Source of the DNA: Kiritimatiellia bacterium
GTDB lineage: Bacteria; Verrucomicrobiota; Kiritimatiellia; RFP12; UBA1067
Direction of reading: 5' to 3'
Assembly (NCBI GenBank): GCA_050949565.1
Contig: JBMNFY010000001.1
Coordinates: 160,001 to 224,000 of the forward strand
DNA: 64,000 bases
Shown: positions 46,480 to 56,949 of the stretch, in pieces
Numbering within the stretch: the stretch's first letter is position 1
Layout: each line of letters begins with the position of its first letter
The notes under the pieces: generated by a model
Database searches by the model: none
Seen by the model: only the letters and a program-made list of their open reading frames with translations
What the model was told of the DNA's origin: nothing
Translations under genes and position numbers: made by a program

Positions 46480-49400
46480 TCACGGCAACAGCACCTGCCG
46501 CCACAATGCATCCAGCCGCTTGGGCGAGACCGGCGCGGGGGTGCGTAACTCCTGCGCGAAAAGCGAGACGCGCAATTCCTCGATCTGCCAGCGGTATTCG
46601 GTCAACTGGACGGGATCGTGGCGCGGCGGCTCATCGAGCGCGATGAAGTCCGTGTAGCGCTGCCAGAGCGGTTGCAGGTCGTTGAGTTTACGTAAGTCGC
46701 CTTGCGGATTGCCCTGCGCCCGCTGGATACGTATGCGGCAGGCCTCGAGATAGCGCGGCAGATGCTGGAGCCGGGCGGACAGGATTGATTCCGCAAATCC
46801 CGGGAAAATCAGCCATGCCAACTGTTCGGTCAGGTCTTCCTGAGTTTCGGTCGGTAGCGTGGCCGCCAGTAGATCGCGCTCTACGTCGCGGGCGGCGTGC
46901 AGGATTGCAACTGTCAACCGCGTGCGCGCGAGATGTACGCCATGCAGACGCCCGCGTTCGGCGGCGAGACGCTCCTGAAAGGTCTCGGCGTCGCGGATCG
47001 GTGGACGGCCCTCGGTGAACGTCTCGCGCAACGCGGCACGGCCGAGTTCCTTCCCTAGGGATTCGGCGCTCATGTCGAGTTGCTTAAGATATGCGGCGAC
47101 ATCGAACGGTAACGACGGCGGTTGCGTCACGCGCTTCCACTCTTTGCCGAGTGCGATTGCGATCAGGCGGCATACGCCTTTGTCGTGAGCGGCGGCGGCT
47201 TCGGCGGACGTTGCGAACAAGCGCAGCGATGCGGTGTCGCCAGCATTGACCAAGGCCGGATAGTGAATGAGCGACCAGCCCGCCTTGCCCGCGTCGATTT
47301 GCGCGGGCAGCGCGCCGAAATCCCATTGCGTCAGGCCGTCCTTTTGCCAACGCAGGTCTGGCGTCCGCACGGTGGCGCTCGCGCCCTCGTTGCGCGGCGC
47401 GAAGAGCTTGACCAGCAGGGCGATGTTGCGCCCGCTGCCCAGTTCGCGCCCCGTCTCATCCTGAACCACGAATCGCATGCGCAGGTGATCGGGAACCGCA
47501 TCTTCATTCCAATAGTCAGTCGGCACACGGATGTTGCGCGCGGTGTACAGCGCATCCGAAAAGGCCTCGTTCAACGAGCCCTGTCCGGGTTGGAGATAAC
47601 TGCGGCACATGCTCAGCGTCTCGTCAATCGGCTGCAGCAGACGGCGGTAACGGGTCGGCAGGACGTGTATCATCCAGCGCAGTTTTTCATCCAGCAATCC
47701 GGGCACCAGCCACTCGCTGCGCCATGCCGCGACCAGCGGTAGGATGGCAGCCGGCACGGTGCAGGTGATGCCGTCGTCCGTTTCGCCGGGCGCGTTGCGA
47801 TAGGTCAGGGCTAGGCGGTTGCCGGAGAGCGTGACGGCATCCGGATACATCTGCGAGAGGTCGCGAACGGGCGGCAGATCCGCTTCGGTCATGGTCAGCG
47901 TGTTGGCCGCATCCGCATGTTCGCGCAGCCAGCGGCGCAGGTCAGCGGCACTGCACAGCTCCGGCGGCAGGCGGGTGTCGTAGAAAGCAAAGGCGGTTTC
48001 TGGATCAAAGAGCGCACCGTGCTGGCGCGTCTTTTCTTCGGCGTCGAGCAAGGTACGGATACGCGCGAGATTGTCCCTGAGGAAGGGCGGCACCGGCTTG
48101 GGGAAGGCACCGGCGATCAGCCCCTCGCGGATAAAGATCGCGCGCGCTTCGGCCGGTTCAATACGGCTGTAGTCGCGAGTGCGGCCTTCGACCAGCACAA
48201 GCCCGAAAAGGGTGACGCGCTCCCGGACGCGTACGAAGCCGCGCCGCTCATCCCAGGATGGGGAGTGGTAGCTGGACTTACAGAACCGTTTGGCGATGGG
48301 TTCAATCCACGACGGATCAATACACGCGGCGGTTCGCGCGAAGAGGCGCGAGGTTTCAACCAGTTCGCCCGCCAGAATCCAATCGCGCGAAAGCACGTTG
48401 GGACGTCGGCTAGCAGTGGATGGTTTCGTGCGGTCGGGCAGGGCCGGTTTCGCCTCTTTAAGTTTGGCGAGACCCGAGCCGGGGAAGATTGAGAAGCGGA
48501 TCCCGCGCGCACCGCGATAGTCGCCGATCTCGGGATCGCGTTTGCCGAGATTGCCCAGCAGGCCGGTCAGCAGGGCGCGGTGAAGGCCGTTGTCGCCGCC
48601 GGATGCGGATGTGACGTCGAGTTGCAACTCGGTGCAGAGGCGTTCGAGCTGGCCGCGCAGATCGATCCAGTCGCGCATGCGCGGGTAGGAAAGGAAGTTG
48701 TCTTTGCAGAGACGGCGCGCGCGTGATTGTGAGGCACCGGCGGTCTGTTCGTGATACCAGCGCCAGAGGCGGAGGGTGGCGGCGAAGTCAGAGAGCGGCG
48801 TGAGGAAGCGTGCGTGGAGTTTGTCGGCCTCGGCCTGTTTCTCGATGGGCCGGCGGCGCGGATCATCGCACTCCATCGCGGCCACGACGATCAGGGCGTC
48901 GGCTAGAACCTTTTCGTGGTGCGCCGCGAAGAGAATGCGGGCCAGAGCCGGATCGAGCGGCAGCCGCGCGAGCCGTCGACCGAGCGCCGAGAGGGTAGGG
49001 GGGACGGAGTCGCTGACCTCAGCATCGGATGTTGGGGACGGTGGGCTTTCTAGGGCACCGAGGAGATCGAGTTGGCGGTAGCCGTCGCGGATCATCGCGG
49101 GCGACGGCGGATCGATGAAGGGGAACGATTCGATATCGCCCAGCGCAAGGTCGAGCATGGTGAGGATCACACCGGACAGACTGGAGCGCACAATCTCAGG
49201 CGGGGTGAACGGATCGCGTTTGCGGAAATCATCTTCGTCGTACAGACGGATGCAGATGCCGGGCGCGAGGCGTCCGCAGCGGCCTTGGCGCTGGTTGGCG
49301 CTGGCTTGCGAGATCGGTTCGATCTGGAGACGCTGCACCTGCGTACGCGCGTTGTAACGGCTAAGGCGCGCCAGTCCGGAGTCGATCACGTAGCGGATGC

Positions 49401-50274
49401 CGGGCAGGGTCACCGAAGTTTCGGCCACGTTGGTGGAGAGGATGATGCGGCGGTTGGATGAGAGACGGAAAGCGCGCTGCTGTTCGCCAGCGGGCAGCGA
49501 GGCGAGCAGCGGGATAATTTCGGTGTTCGGCAGACGCCGACCGGTGAGCGTTTCGGCGGCATCACGGATATCGCGTTCACCGGGCAGGAAAACCAAAATG
49601 TCGCCCGGGCCTTCAGCCATCAGCTTATCGCATGCGTTGGCGATCTGCCGGGGCAGGTCGGGGTCGTCCGCCTCATCGGGCGGACGCCAGCGCGTTTCGA
49701 TCGGATAGAGCCGGCCGGGAACGGAGAGGATGGGGGCGTTGTTAAAAAATTCAGAGAAGCGCTGCACGTCCAGCGTGGCGGAGCTGATAATCAGTTTGAG
49801 GTCGCGGCGGCGCGCGAGCACACGCTTGAGAATGCCGAGCAGGAAGTCGATGTTCAGCGAGCGCTCGTGCGCTTCGTCGATGATCAACGTGTCATAGGCG
49901 CGGAAGAGCCGGTCGCGCCGCGTCTCCGCCAGCAGGATGCCGTCGGTCATGAACTTGATCACGCTGTCGCGCGACAGCTTCTTGTCGAAGCGGTGCTGGT
50001 AGCCGACAACCCCGCCGGGGGTTTGGCCGAACTCTTCGGCCACGCGGTGCGCCATCGCCAGGGCTGCGAGGCGTCGCGGTTGGGTGCAGCCGATGAGCCC
50101 GCGCTGTCCGCGTCCGGCCGCGAGCGCGATTTTAGGAAGCTGGGTGGTTTTCCCTGAACCGGTGTCGCCGCAGACGATGATGACCGGGTGATTGCGCAGC
50201 GCTGTCGTGATCTCCGCCGCATGTGCGGAGATCGGCAGTTCGGGAGGGAAGCGGATGTCTGGACGTATGCTCAA
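46480..50274 (-). CDS. hrpA: ATP-dependent RNA helicase HrpA
   Basis: GDTGSGKTTQ, TQPRR, DEAH, SAT, QRQGRCGR, C-terminal IEELRVSLFAQEL. Confidence 0.96.
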   Translation of the reverse strand: MSIRPDIRFPPELPISAHAAEITTALRNHPVIIVCGDTGSGKTTQLPKIALAAGRGQRGLIGCTQPRRLAALAMAHRVAEEFGQTPGGVVGYQHRFDKKLSRDSVIKFMTDGILLAETRRDRLFRAYDTLIIDEAHERSLNIDFLLGILKRVLARRRDLKLIISSATLDVQRFSEFFNNAPILSVPGRLYPIETRWRPPDEADDPDLPRQIANACDKLMAEGPGDILVFLPGERDIRDAAETLTGRRLPNTEIIPLLASLPAGEQQRAFRLSSNRRIILSTNVAETSVTLPGIRYVIDSGLARLSRYNARTQVQRLQIEPISQASANQRQGRCGRLAPGICIRLYDEDDFRKRDPFTPPEIVRSSLSGVILTMLDLALGDIESFPFIDPPSPAMIRDGYRQLDLLGALESPPSPTSDAEVSDSVPPTLSALGRRLARLPLDPALARILFAAHHEKVLADALIVVAAMECDDPRRRPIEKQAEADKLHARFLTPLSDFAATLRLWRWYHEQTAGASQSRARRLCKDNFLSYPRMRDWIDLRGQLERLCTELQLDVTSASGGDNGLHRALLTGLLGNLGKRDPEIGDYRGARGIRFSIFPGSGLAKLKEAKPALPDRTKPSTASRRPNVLSRDWILAGELVETSRLFARTAACIDPSWIEPIAKRFCKSSYHSPSWDERRGFVRVRERVTLFGLVLVEGRTRDYSRIEPAEARAIFIREGLIAGAFPKPVPPFLRDNLARIRTLLDAEEKTRQHGALFDPETAFAFYDTRLPPELCSAADLRRWLREHADAANTLTMTEADLPPVRDLSQMYPDAVTLSGNRLALTYRNAPGETDDGITCTVPAAILPLVAAWRSEWLVPGLLDEKLRWMIHVLPTRYRRLLQPIDETLSMCRSYLQPGQGSLNEAFSDALYTARNIRVPTDYWNEDAVPDHLRMRFVVQDETGRELGSGRNIALLVKLFAPRNEGASATVRTPDLRWQKDGLTQWDFGALPAQIDAGKAGWSLIHYPALVNAGDTASLRLFATSAEAAAAHDKGVCRLIAIALGKEWKRVTQPPSLPFDVAAYLKQLDMSAESLGKELGRAALRETFTEGRPPIRDAETFQERLAAERGRLHGVHLARTRLTVAILHAARDVERDLLAATLPTETQEDLTEQLAWLIFPGFAESILSARLQHLPRYLEACRIRIQRAQGNPQGDLRKLNDLQPLWQRYTDFIALDEPPRHDPVQLTEYRWQIEELRVSLFAQELRTPAPVSPKRLDALWRQVLLP

Positions 50275-50334
50275 TCGCGTGACGTCGGGGCGGGTCCGAA
50301 AGAAGAAGCGGGCCTAGTATTCGGCACTGTGCCG

Positions 50335-51750
50335 CTACTCCTTGTTTTTCCCCCGCAACTCCTTGAGTTGTGTCACGCCAGCCGCCACAATCATATCGCC
50401 CGCAGGGGCGGCGAACCAAGAGGAAAGACCTTCGTAGCCTCCTTCTTGATGGGCTTGTGTGCTAGGGAAATAGCCGTGGCTGCCGTTTGTGAGACACGAG
50501 ATGATCGTTGTTGCGAACGGCGACTGCGCCTTGATCGCACGGCCGATGTCGACGTACGGCTCGCCGGGGATACCTGCAAACGCGAGCGCGTCGCCGATCA
50601 CCAGTGTGCTGATGAGAATCTCCCTGCTGTCGGGACCGTCTTTCAGTGCCCGTGCACGTCCCCCCGGACTTGTGAGCGTCGTGAGTTCCATGCCCTTGAG
50701 CGGGATTTCATTCTTACGTCCCGCGTCAAAGAGTTCGATCCACTTGATTTCGTCGGCACTGGGACGGTTTGTCGGCAACGGGTGCGCCTTCACTATGCCG
50801 CGCACCGGACCGGAGGGCACATCTTCGCAAATATCCCACACGGAGATCGCCGCCCCGGCGACAGCGCGTCCCATGAATGTTGCGATTGCCTTGGGGTTTG
50901 TCCCGTTTCCCCGCGCCGCGTAGAGCGCCTGGCGCGCCGGTGGCGGAAGACGCATGTGATGGTTCACGTCGCCCTGTGCGCCGTTGAGGAAGAGGCACTT
51001 CACGCCGCCACCGATAGCACTCTCAAACGTCTGGCGCACGGCGCCCGGCCAGTCGGCGGAGTACTTTGTGCCGCCGACCGTGTCGGGGTGCGTGCCGAAG
51101 TTGATAATGGCGATATCCGGCGCGCCCTTCCGCTTGAAGCGGACGACGCGAAGCGACTCGTCCGGTGTGCCGATCGCCGCCACGACATCGGGGTTCGAGG
51201 TCCCTGGATTCGTGCGCGAGGAGCCGTCTTTCATGCGATAACGCCGGATGAAGGAAACGCCCTTGCATTCGGTCTGTCCGATCGAAATCGTCGCCGGTGC
51301 GCGGTCGGCGAGCGCGGCACGCCCGGCATCGGCGAGCTTGGCGACACGCAGTTCGGCATAGGAGGTAACAAGCTGATTCTCCTCCGGCGTGTAGCTTCCC
51401 CTCGGCATGTCGGCGACACCGGTATGCGTATGCGTGGAGTGGACATAGATGCGGTCGCGCGGTACGCCCGTCGCCGCCGTGATGGCGGGGAACGCCTTCT
51501 CGAAGAACGGACCGGTGAGGTGCAGGTCATCAACGGAATAGATCAGCGCGTCATTTGTACCGTCCGAGACGGCAACGCACTCCACGCACAGCGGATCAAG
51601 CACGCCGTCGCCGATGCGCTTGCTGAAGTATCCGGGCATTGGAAGCCCGGGGGGCGGCGTGATGTCCAGCCGCGCGAAGCCAGCCGAGAACTCAGCCCGC
51701 AGCAGCGGGACCGCGAGAGACACCAGAACGATACTGATCAGCTTTTTCAT
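50335..51750 (-). CDS. Secreted neutral/alkaline ceramidase-like amidohydrolase
   Basis: DITPP, HSTHTHTG, NFGTHPD, SADWPG, GAQGDV, PGEPY, GGYE; signal peptide MKKLISIVLVSLAVP. Confidence 0.8.
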   Translation of the reverse strand: MKKLISIVLVSLAVPLLRAEFSAGFARLDITPPPGLPMPGYFSKRIGDGVLDPLCVECVAVSDGTNDALIYSVDDLHLTGPFFEKAFPAITAATGVPRDRIYVHSTHTHTGVADMPRGSYTPEENQLVTSYAELRVAKLADAGRAALADRAPATISIGQTECKGVSFIRRYRMKDGSSRTNPGTSNPDVVAAIGTPDESLRVVRFKRKGAPDIAIINFGTHPDTVGGTKYSADWPGAVRQTFESAIGGGVKCLFLNGAQGDVNHHMRLPPPARQALYAARGNGTNPKAIATFMGRAVAGAAISVWDICEDVPSGPVRGIVKAHPLPTNRPSADEIKWIELFDAGRKNEIPLKGMELTTLTSPGGRARALKDGPDSREILISTLVIGDALAFAGIPGEPYVDIGRAIKAQSPFATTIISCLTNGSHGYFPSTQAHQEGGYEGLSSWFAAPAGDMIVAAGVTQLKELRGKNKE

Positions 51751-51913
51751 TTTCACCTTTCCTCCGAGGCAACTGCAAAGCCCCCTGTTACTCTTTTCTC
51801 GCCGCATTGTAGCACGATAGGACGATTACAACACTACCAAATAAGCCTCTCCCACGGTTTTCTCCGTTGTCATGCCGACTAGAATAGGTATACTGGTTAC
51901 CGGTTGGTTAAAC

Positions 51914-52014
51914 GAGGCTCTTGCAAAACCCCTTGTTTATAGGTGTGGCACGGGCATCTTGCCCGTGTTTCATGGGCGGGACGCCCATGTCACGAGGGGT
52001 TTGGCAAGAGGCTC
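51914..52014. mobile_element. MITE (101 bp) with 19-bp imperfect TIRs, 4-bp target-site duplication and internal REP pair
   Basis: GAGGCTCTTGCAAAACCCC vs reverse complement of GGGGTTTGGCAAGAGGCTC (17/19); AAAC at 51910-51913 and 52015-52018. Confidence 0.75.
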
Positions 52015-52038
52015 AAACATCATTGATGAGGAAATCCC

Positions 52039-53139
52039 ATGTCAACGTTGACCATCAAACCCGCTGGCAGTTGCCGTTTCGATGAAATCTCTTTAGGCGA
52101 GATCATGTTGCGCCTTGATCCGGGCGATTCACGCATCAAGAACGCGCGTTCGTTCACAGTGTGGGAGGGGGGCGGTGAATACAATGTGGCGCGCGGTCTG
52201 CGCAAGTGCTTCGGTCTTCAGACCGCTGTGGTGACGGCGTTGCCCGAAAATGACATCGGGCACTTGGTCGAGGATTTTGTGATGCAGGGTGGTGTGGACA
52301 CTTCGCTCATCAAGTGGGTGCCATTTGACGGGATTGGTGCGGCCACGCGTGTCGGGCTCAATTTCACAGAGCGCGGTTTCGGTCTGCGCGGCGCGCTGGG
52401 CGTCAGTGATCGCGGCCATTCGGCGGCATCGCAGTTGAAGCCGGGCGATATCGATTGGGAATATGTCTTCGGCACGTTGGGCGCGCGCTGGTTCCATACC
52501 GGCGGCATTTACGCGGCACTGTCAGAAACGACACCGCTTGTGCTTGAGGAGGCGATGGCGGCGGCGCGCAAGCACGGCACGATCATCTCGTATGATCTGA
52601 ACTACCGCCCTTCGCTCTGGAAGGCGTTCGGCGGTCAAGAGGCGTGCCGCAAAGTCAATCGCCGACTGGCCAAGTATGTGGATGTCATGATCGGCAACGA
52701 GGAGGATTATACGGCTTGCCTCGGTCTGGCGGTGGAGGGCGTGGACGCCAATCTGAGCGCCTTGCCGATCGACGGCTTCAAGCGCATGATCGAACGCGCC
52801 TTGAAGGAGTTTCCCAACTTCAAGGTTGCGGCGACCACGCTGCGCACGGTCAAGAGTGCTTCGGTAAACGACTGGAGCGCGATCTGCTGGTATGACGGCT
52901 CTTTCCATCAGGCGATGGAGATGAAAGACCTCTGGATTTACGACCGCGTGGGCGGCGGCGACAGTTTCGCTTCGGGATTGATCTACGGTCTCCTGACCTT
53001 CAACGACGCGCAGAAGGCGGTCAATTACGGCTGCGCCCACGGTGCACTGGCGATGACCACGCCCGGCGACACCTCGATGGCATCGAAGGCAGAGGTCGAA
53101 AAAGTCGTGGCGGGCGGCAGCGCGCGCGTGGTACGCTGA
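52039..53139 (+). CDS. kdgK: 2-dehydro-3-deoxygluconokinase (PfkB family)
   Basis: LGEIMLRL, GGGEYNVA, YDLNYRPSLW, DRVGGGDSFASG, TPGD. Confidence 0.88.
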   Translation: MSTLTIKPAGSCRFDEISLGEIMLRLDPGDSRIKNARSFTVWEGGGEYNVARGLRKCFGLQTAVVTALPENDIGHLVEDFVMQGGVDTSLIKWVPFDGIGAATRVGLNFTERGFGLRGALGVSDRGHSAASQLKPGDIDWEYVFGTLGARWFHTGGIYAALSETTPLVLEEAMAAARKHGTIISYDLNYRPSLWKAFGGQEACRKVNRRLAKYVDVMIGNEEDYTACLGLAVEGVDANLSALPIDGFKRMIERALKEFPNFKVAATTLRTVKSASVNDWSAICWYDGSFHQAMEMKDLWIYDRVGGGDSFASGLIYGLLTFNDAQKAVNYGCAHGALAMTTPGDTSMASKAEVEKVVAGGSARVVR

Positions 53140-53148
53140 TGGGCGCGC

Positions 53149-53672
53149 GGGTGCGATTCAACGTCGTTGAATGCGCACCCGAAGGAGAATTTAGGATTTA
53201 GGATTTAGGAGTTGTCCCTTGCCCCGCCTCGCAAGTCTGACGAAGAGATTTGGAGTGCGTGCGGCAAGCGGGTATTCCGCGCGACGCCGCTTTTTGGTTT
53301 TTCATCCACAGATGGGCACAGATTAACACAGATTTTTTGGGGAGGCACTGCTCGGTTTTTTGGAACCACAGAGAGCACAGAGAACACAGAGGTTTTTTGG
53401 GGGGCGTATGAACAACGAAACACAGTGCTGTGCCTTTTCGAGTATTTCGTGGTAGGAATTTTGGATTGTGGGCTTCACCCGCGCCAGTTTTTTGTCTAAC
53501 GTTCAACGCTCAATTTTCAAGTGGCGCGGCTCGCGAAGCGCCGGGAGGGTCAAGCGTCTGCTTGACCGGCCGCGCTGCGCGCGGCGAAAACTCCGTAAGT
53601 CTGGCAAATAAATCTGGTGCGCGCGGCAAGCGGGTTTCCGCGCGACGCCGCTTTTTGGTTTATCCGCAGATG
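53149..53672. repeat. Composite repeat cluster between kdgK and trpB
   Basis: Hairpin plus TTAGGA heptamers (53149-53212); ~80-bp direct repeats (53230-53315, 53594-53672); CACAGAT and CACAGAG arms separated by linker at 53333-53361. Confidence 0.8.
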
Positions 53673-53684
53673 GAAGATTGGCGC

Positions 53685-53713
53685 TTGCATGACGGAGGCG
53701 CTTAGGCTATAGT
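53685..53713 (+). promoter_or_regulatory. Sigma-70 promoter of trpB
   Basis: TTGCAT-17 bp-TATAGT. Confidence 0.6.
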
Positions 53714-53766
53714 CTGTATCTCCATAGAGAAACAAGCGTGTTAGGCGCGGAAGGATCGGAGTTGAT

Positions 53767-54972
53767 ATGTCAAACGTTACAAATGGAATAGGGCCGGACG
53801 AAAAAGGTTTTTTTGGCAAGTACGGTGGGGCATTTTTACCGCCTGAATTGGAGGCGGCTTTCGCGGAGATCGTCGAGGCGTATCACCGCATCGCTAACGA
53901 TGCGACGTTCATCAGCGAACTGCGTTTAATCCGTAAACACTTTCAAGGACGGCCGACGCCGGTGTTCCACGCGCGCAGGCTCTCGCTGGCGAACGGCGGT
54001 GCGCACATCTATCTCAAGCGTGAAGACCTGAACCATACGGGTGCGCACAAGATCAATCACTGTATGGGCGAGGGGTTGCTGGCCAAGTATATGGGCAAGC
54101 GGCGGGTGATCGCCGAGACTGGCGCGGGCCAGCACGGTGTGGCGCTGGCGACAGCGGCGGCGTACTTCGGTCTGGAGTGCGAGATTCACATGGGCGAGGT
54201 GGACATCGCCAAGCAGGCACCGAATGTCAGCCGTATGCGGATGCTTGGGGCCAAGGTGGTTCCAGTCACGCACGGACTCAAGACGCTGAAAGAGGCGGTC
54301 GACTCGGCATTCGAAGCCTATCTGGCCGATTACAAGAACTCGATCTACTGCATCGGGTCGGTCGTGGGGCCGCATCCGTTCCCGATGATGGTGCGTGATT
54401 TCCAGAAGGTGGTGGGCATCGAAGCGCGCGAGCAGTTTATTGAGATGACCGGGAACCTGCCCGATGCGGTCTGCGCGTGCGTGGGCGGCGGTTCTAACTC
54501 GATGGGAATTTTCCACGGCTTTCTGAAAGACCCGACGGCGCTTTACGGTGTCGAACCGCTTGGGCGCGGTCCGAATCTCGGCGACCACGCAGCGACGATG
54601 AGTTACGGCCACGAGGGTATCCTTCACGGATTTAGGTGCTATCTGCTGCAAAACGAGGATGGCTCGCCCGCCCCGGTCTACTCCTGCGCAAGCGGTTTGG
54701 ATTATCCGGGTGTGGGGCCGGAGCACTGTCACTTTAAAGATACGGGGCGCGTGCAGTACGTGACCTGTTCCGACGATGAGTGCCGCGACGCCTTTTTTAA
54801 GCTGTGCAGGATGGAGGGGATCATTCCGGCGATTGAAAGCGCGCATGCGGTTGCTTTTGCGCTGGCCAAGGCACGTGAGATGGAGCGCGGCGCGATTCTC
54901 GTCAACCTCAGCGGACGCGGTGACAAGGATCTCGACTATGTGATTGAAAACTGGGGCGTCGGCGAGGACTGA
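53767..54972 (+). CDS. trpB: Tryptophan synthase beta subunit (stand-alone)
   Basis: [49 protein letters not shown]. Confidence 0.96.
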   Translation: MSNVTNGIGPDEKGFFGKYGGAFLPPELEAAFAEIVEAYHRIANDATFISELRLIRKHFQGRPTPVFHARRLSLANGGAHIYLKREDLNHTGAHKINHCMGEGLLAKYMGKRRVIAETGAGQHGVALATAAAYFGLECEIHMGEVDIAKQAPNVSRMRMLGAKVVPVTHGLKTLKEAVDSAFEAYLADYKNSIYCIGSVVGPHPFPMMVRDFQKVVGIEAREQFIEMTGNLPDAVCACVGGGSNSMGIFHGFLKDPTALYGVEPLGRGPNLGDHAATMSYGHEGILHGFRCYLLQNEDGSPAPVYSCASGLDYPGVGPEHCHFKDTGRVQYVTCSDDECRDAFFKLCRMEGIIPAIESAHAVAFALAKAREMERGAILVNLSGRGDKDLDYVIENWGVGED

Positions 54973-54995
54973 GGATTGTTCAGCCGACGGCTCTT

Positions 54996-55075
54996 CATGG
55001 GCGAGACGCCCATGTCACGATGTGTGGCACGGGCATCCTGCCCGTGTGTTTTCATGGGCGGGACGCCCATGCCAC
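54996..55075. repeat. Three REP-like palindromes between convergent trpB and ettA
   Basis: CATGGGCG(A/G)GACGCCCATG(T/C)CAC and GTGGCACGGGCATCCTGCCCGTG; same family as 51945-51994. Confidence 0.85.
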
Positions 55076-55088
55076 CCACAAAGGCGCC

Positions 55089-56792
55089 TCAGCCGTGCTT
55101 CAGCGGACGGAAGCGCACGCGCGTCGGGCGGTCTGCCGCATCGCCCAGTAGCTTGCGGCGGTGCTCGTGGTAGTCGGCGTAGTTGCCCTCGAACCACGTC
55201 ACTTTGCAATCGCCTTCGAAGGCCAGGATGTGCGTGGCGATACGGTCGAGGAACCAGCGGTCGTGGCTGATCACCATCACGCAGCCGCCGAAGTCTGCGA
55301 GGCCCTCCTCCAGCGAGCGCAGGGTGGCTACGTCGAGGTCGTTCGATGGCTCGTCCAGCAGCAGCAGGTTGCCGCCGCTGCGCAGCAACTTGGCGAGGTG
55401 TACGCGGTTGCGTTCGCCACCTGACAGCACGCCCACACGCTTTTGCTGCTCCGCGCCTCTGAAGTTGAAGCGGCTGCAGTAAGCGCGGCCGTTCATGCGT
55501 GCGACCGGCGCGGCTCCAGTGCCCTCGCTACGGCCCAGCGTTACGAACTCTTCGCCGCCGGTGATCTCTTCGTAGACCGTGTTGTCGGGGTTCAGATCGT
55601 CGCGAAGCTGATCCACGTAGGAAAGCTGCACGGAGGGGCCGACCGTCAGCGTGCCGGAGAGGGGCTGAAGCTGACCAGTAATCAACTTGAAGAGGGTGGT
55701 CTTGCCGGCGCCGTTACCGCCGATGACGCCGACAATGCCGCCGCGCGGCAGATCGAAGCTCATGTTCTCGAAGAGCAGGTTGTCGCCGAAGCCCATCGAC
55801 ACCTCGTCGGCCTTGACCACCAGATCGCCCAGACGCGGGCCCGCCGGGATCTGGATACGCAGGTCGTCCTCGCGCGTGCTGACCTGCTGTGCTGCCAGCT
55901 CTTCGTAACGGCGCACGCGCGCCTGATTCTTGGCGCGCCGTCCCGAGGGATTGGTACGCACCCACGCGAGTTCGTTTTCAATCAGCTTCCGGCGCGACTC
56001 GGCCTGCTTGGCTTCGCGCAACATAGCCTCTTGTTTTTGTTGCAGCCACGCTTCATAGTTGCCCTTGTAGGGATAGGTGCGACCGTTGTCGAGTTCGAGG
56101 ATCCATTCGGTGACGTTGCTCAAAAAGTAGCGGTCGTGCGTCACGACGATCAGGGTGCCCTTGAATCCCTTGAGGTAGGTCTCCAGCCATGCGACCGATT
56201 CGGCATCGAGATGGTTGGTGGGTTCGTCGAGCAACAACACGTCGGGGTTGGAGATCAGCAGGCGGCAAAGCGCTACGCGGCGGCGTTCACCGCCGGAGAG
56301 CGGCGCAACCGGCGCATCGGACGGCGGCAGACGCAACGCTTCCATGGCCATCTCGATCTGATGGTCAAGATTCCACAGGTCGTTCATGTCGATGGTGTCT
56401 TGCAGGCGTCCCAGTTCGTCGTTCAACTTCTCGGACTCGTCGTCGCTGAGATCACTGCCGAGCAACTCGCAGATTTCGTCGTAACGCGCCAGGATCGCCT
56501 TCGAGCCGGCCACGCCCTCCTCGACGCATTGCATGACCGTTTTGCTCGTGTCCAACTCGGGTTCCTGGGGGAGGAAGCCGATCTTGGTGTTTTTCGCGAT
56601 TTGGCACTCGCCCATGAACTCGGTATCGAGGCCAGCCAGGATTTTCAGCAACGAAGATTTGCCCGAGCCGTTGGCACCGATTACGCCGATGTGCGCGCCG
56701 TGAAAGAAGGAGAGATTGACATCCTCAAGGATGGTCTTCTTCTCGTGTTGCTTGGTAACGTTGATGAGAGAGAATACGTATTCGCCGGCCAT
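55089..56792 (-). CDS. ettA: Energy-dependent translational throttle ABC-F protein
   Basis: Two ABC domains (GANGSGKS, GGNGAGKT), LSGGERRRVALC, LSGGERNRVHLA, THILAFEG. Confidence 0.93.
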   Translation of the reverse strand: MAGEYVFSLINVTKQHEKKTILEDVNLSFFHGAHIGVIGANGSGKSSLLKILAGLDTEFMGECQIAKNTKIGFLPQEPELDTSKTVMQCVEEGVAGSKAILARYDEICELLGSDLSDDESEKLNDELGRLQDTIDMNDLWNLDHQIEMAMEALRLPPSDAPVAPLSGGERRRVALCRLLISNPDVLLLDEPTNHLDAESVAWLETYLKGFKGTLIVVTHDRYFLSNVTEWILELDNGRTYPYKGNYEAWLQQKQEAMLREAKQAESRRKLIENELAWVRTNPSGRRAKNQARVRRYEELAAQQVSTREDDLRIQIPAGPRLGDLVVKADEVSMGFGDNLLFENMSFDLPRGGIVGVIGGNGAGKTTLFKLITGQLQPLSGTLTVGPSVQLSYVDQLRDDLNPDNTVYEEITGGEEFVTLGRSEGTGAAPVARMNGRAYCSRFNFRGAEQQKRVGVLSGGERNRVHLAKLLRSGGNLLLLDEPSNDLDVATLRSLEEGLADFGGCVMVISHDRWFLDRIATHILAFEGDCKVTWFEGNYADYHEHRRKLLGDAADRPTRVRFRPLKHG

Positions 56793-56922
56793 AGGGGAGT
56801 TAGGAGTTAGGATTTAGGAGTTAGGAGTTAGGAGTTTTCGACTTCAGCGTTCAGAGTTCGACGTTCAGCGTTCAGAGTTAAAAAACTTTTAACGCTCAAC
56901 GTTCAACTTTTAACGCTCAAGT
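56793..56922 (-). repeat. GTTGA(A/G)C heptamer hairpin followed by CTCCTAA run abutting the ettA start
   Basis: GTTCAG(C/A) units 56844-56879 opposite AACG(C/T)TC units 56891-56921; TTAGGAG units 56797-56836. Confidence 0.85.
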
Positions 56923-56949
56923 TATGGGCAAGGAATTGGGGATTGGAAA

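Noticed and set aside
50188-51882. 564-aa plus-strand ORF and similar long antisense ORFs (55443-56810, 59114-60244, 7457-8551, 36778-37746)
   Set aside because: Shadows of well-supported genes on the opposite strand; expected at high GC
51893-51912. LacI-type operator TGGTTACCGGTTGG upstream of kdgK
   Set aside because: Dyad too imperfect to call without comparative data
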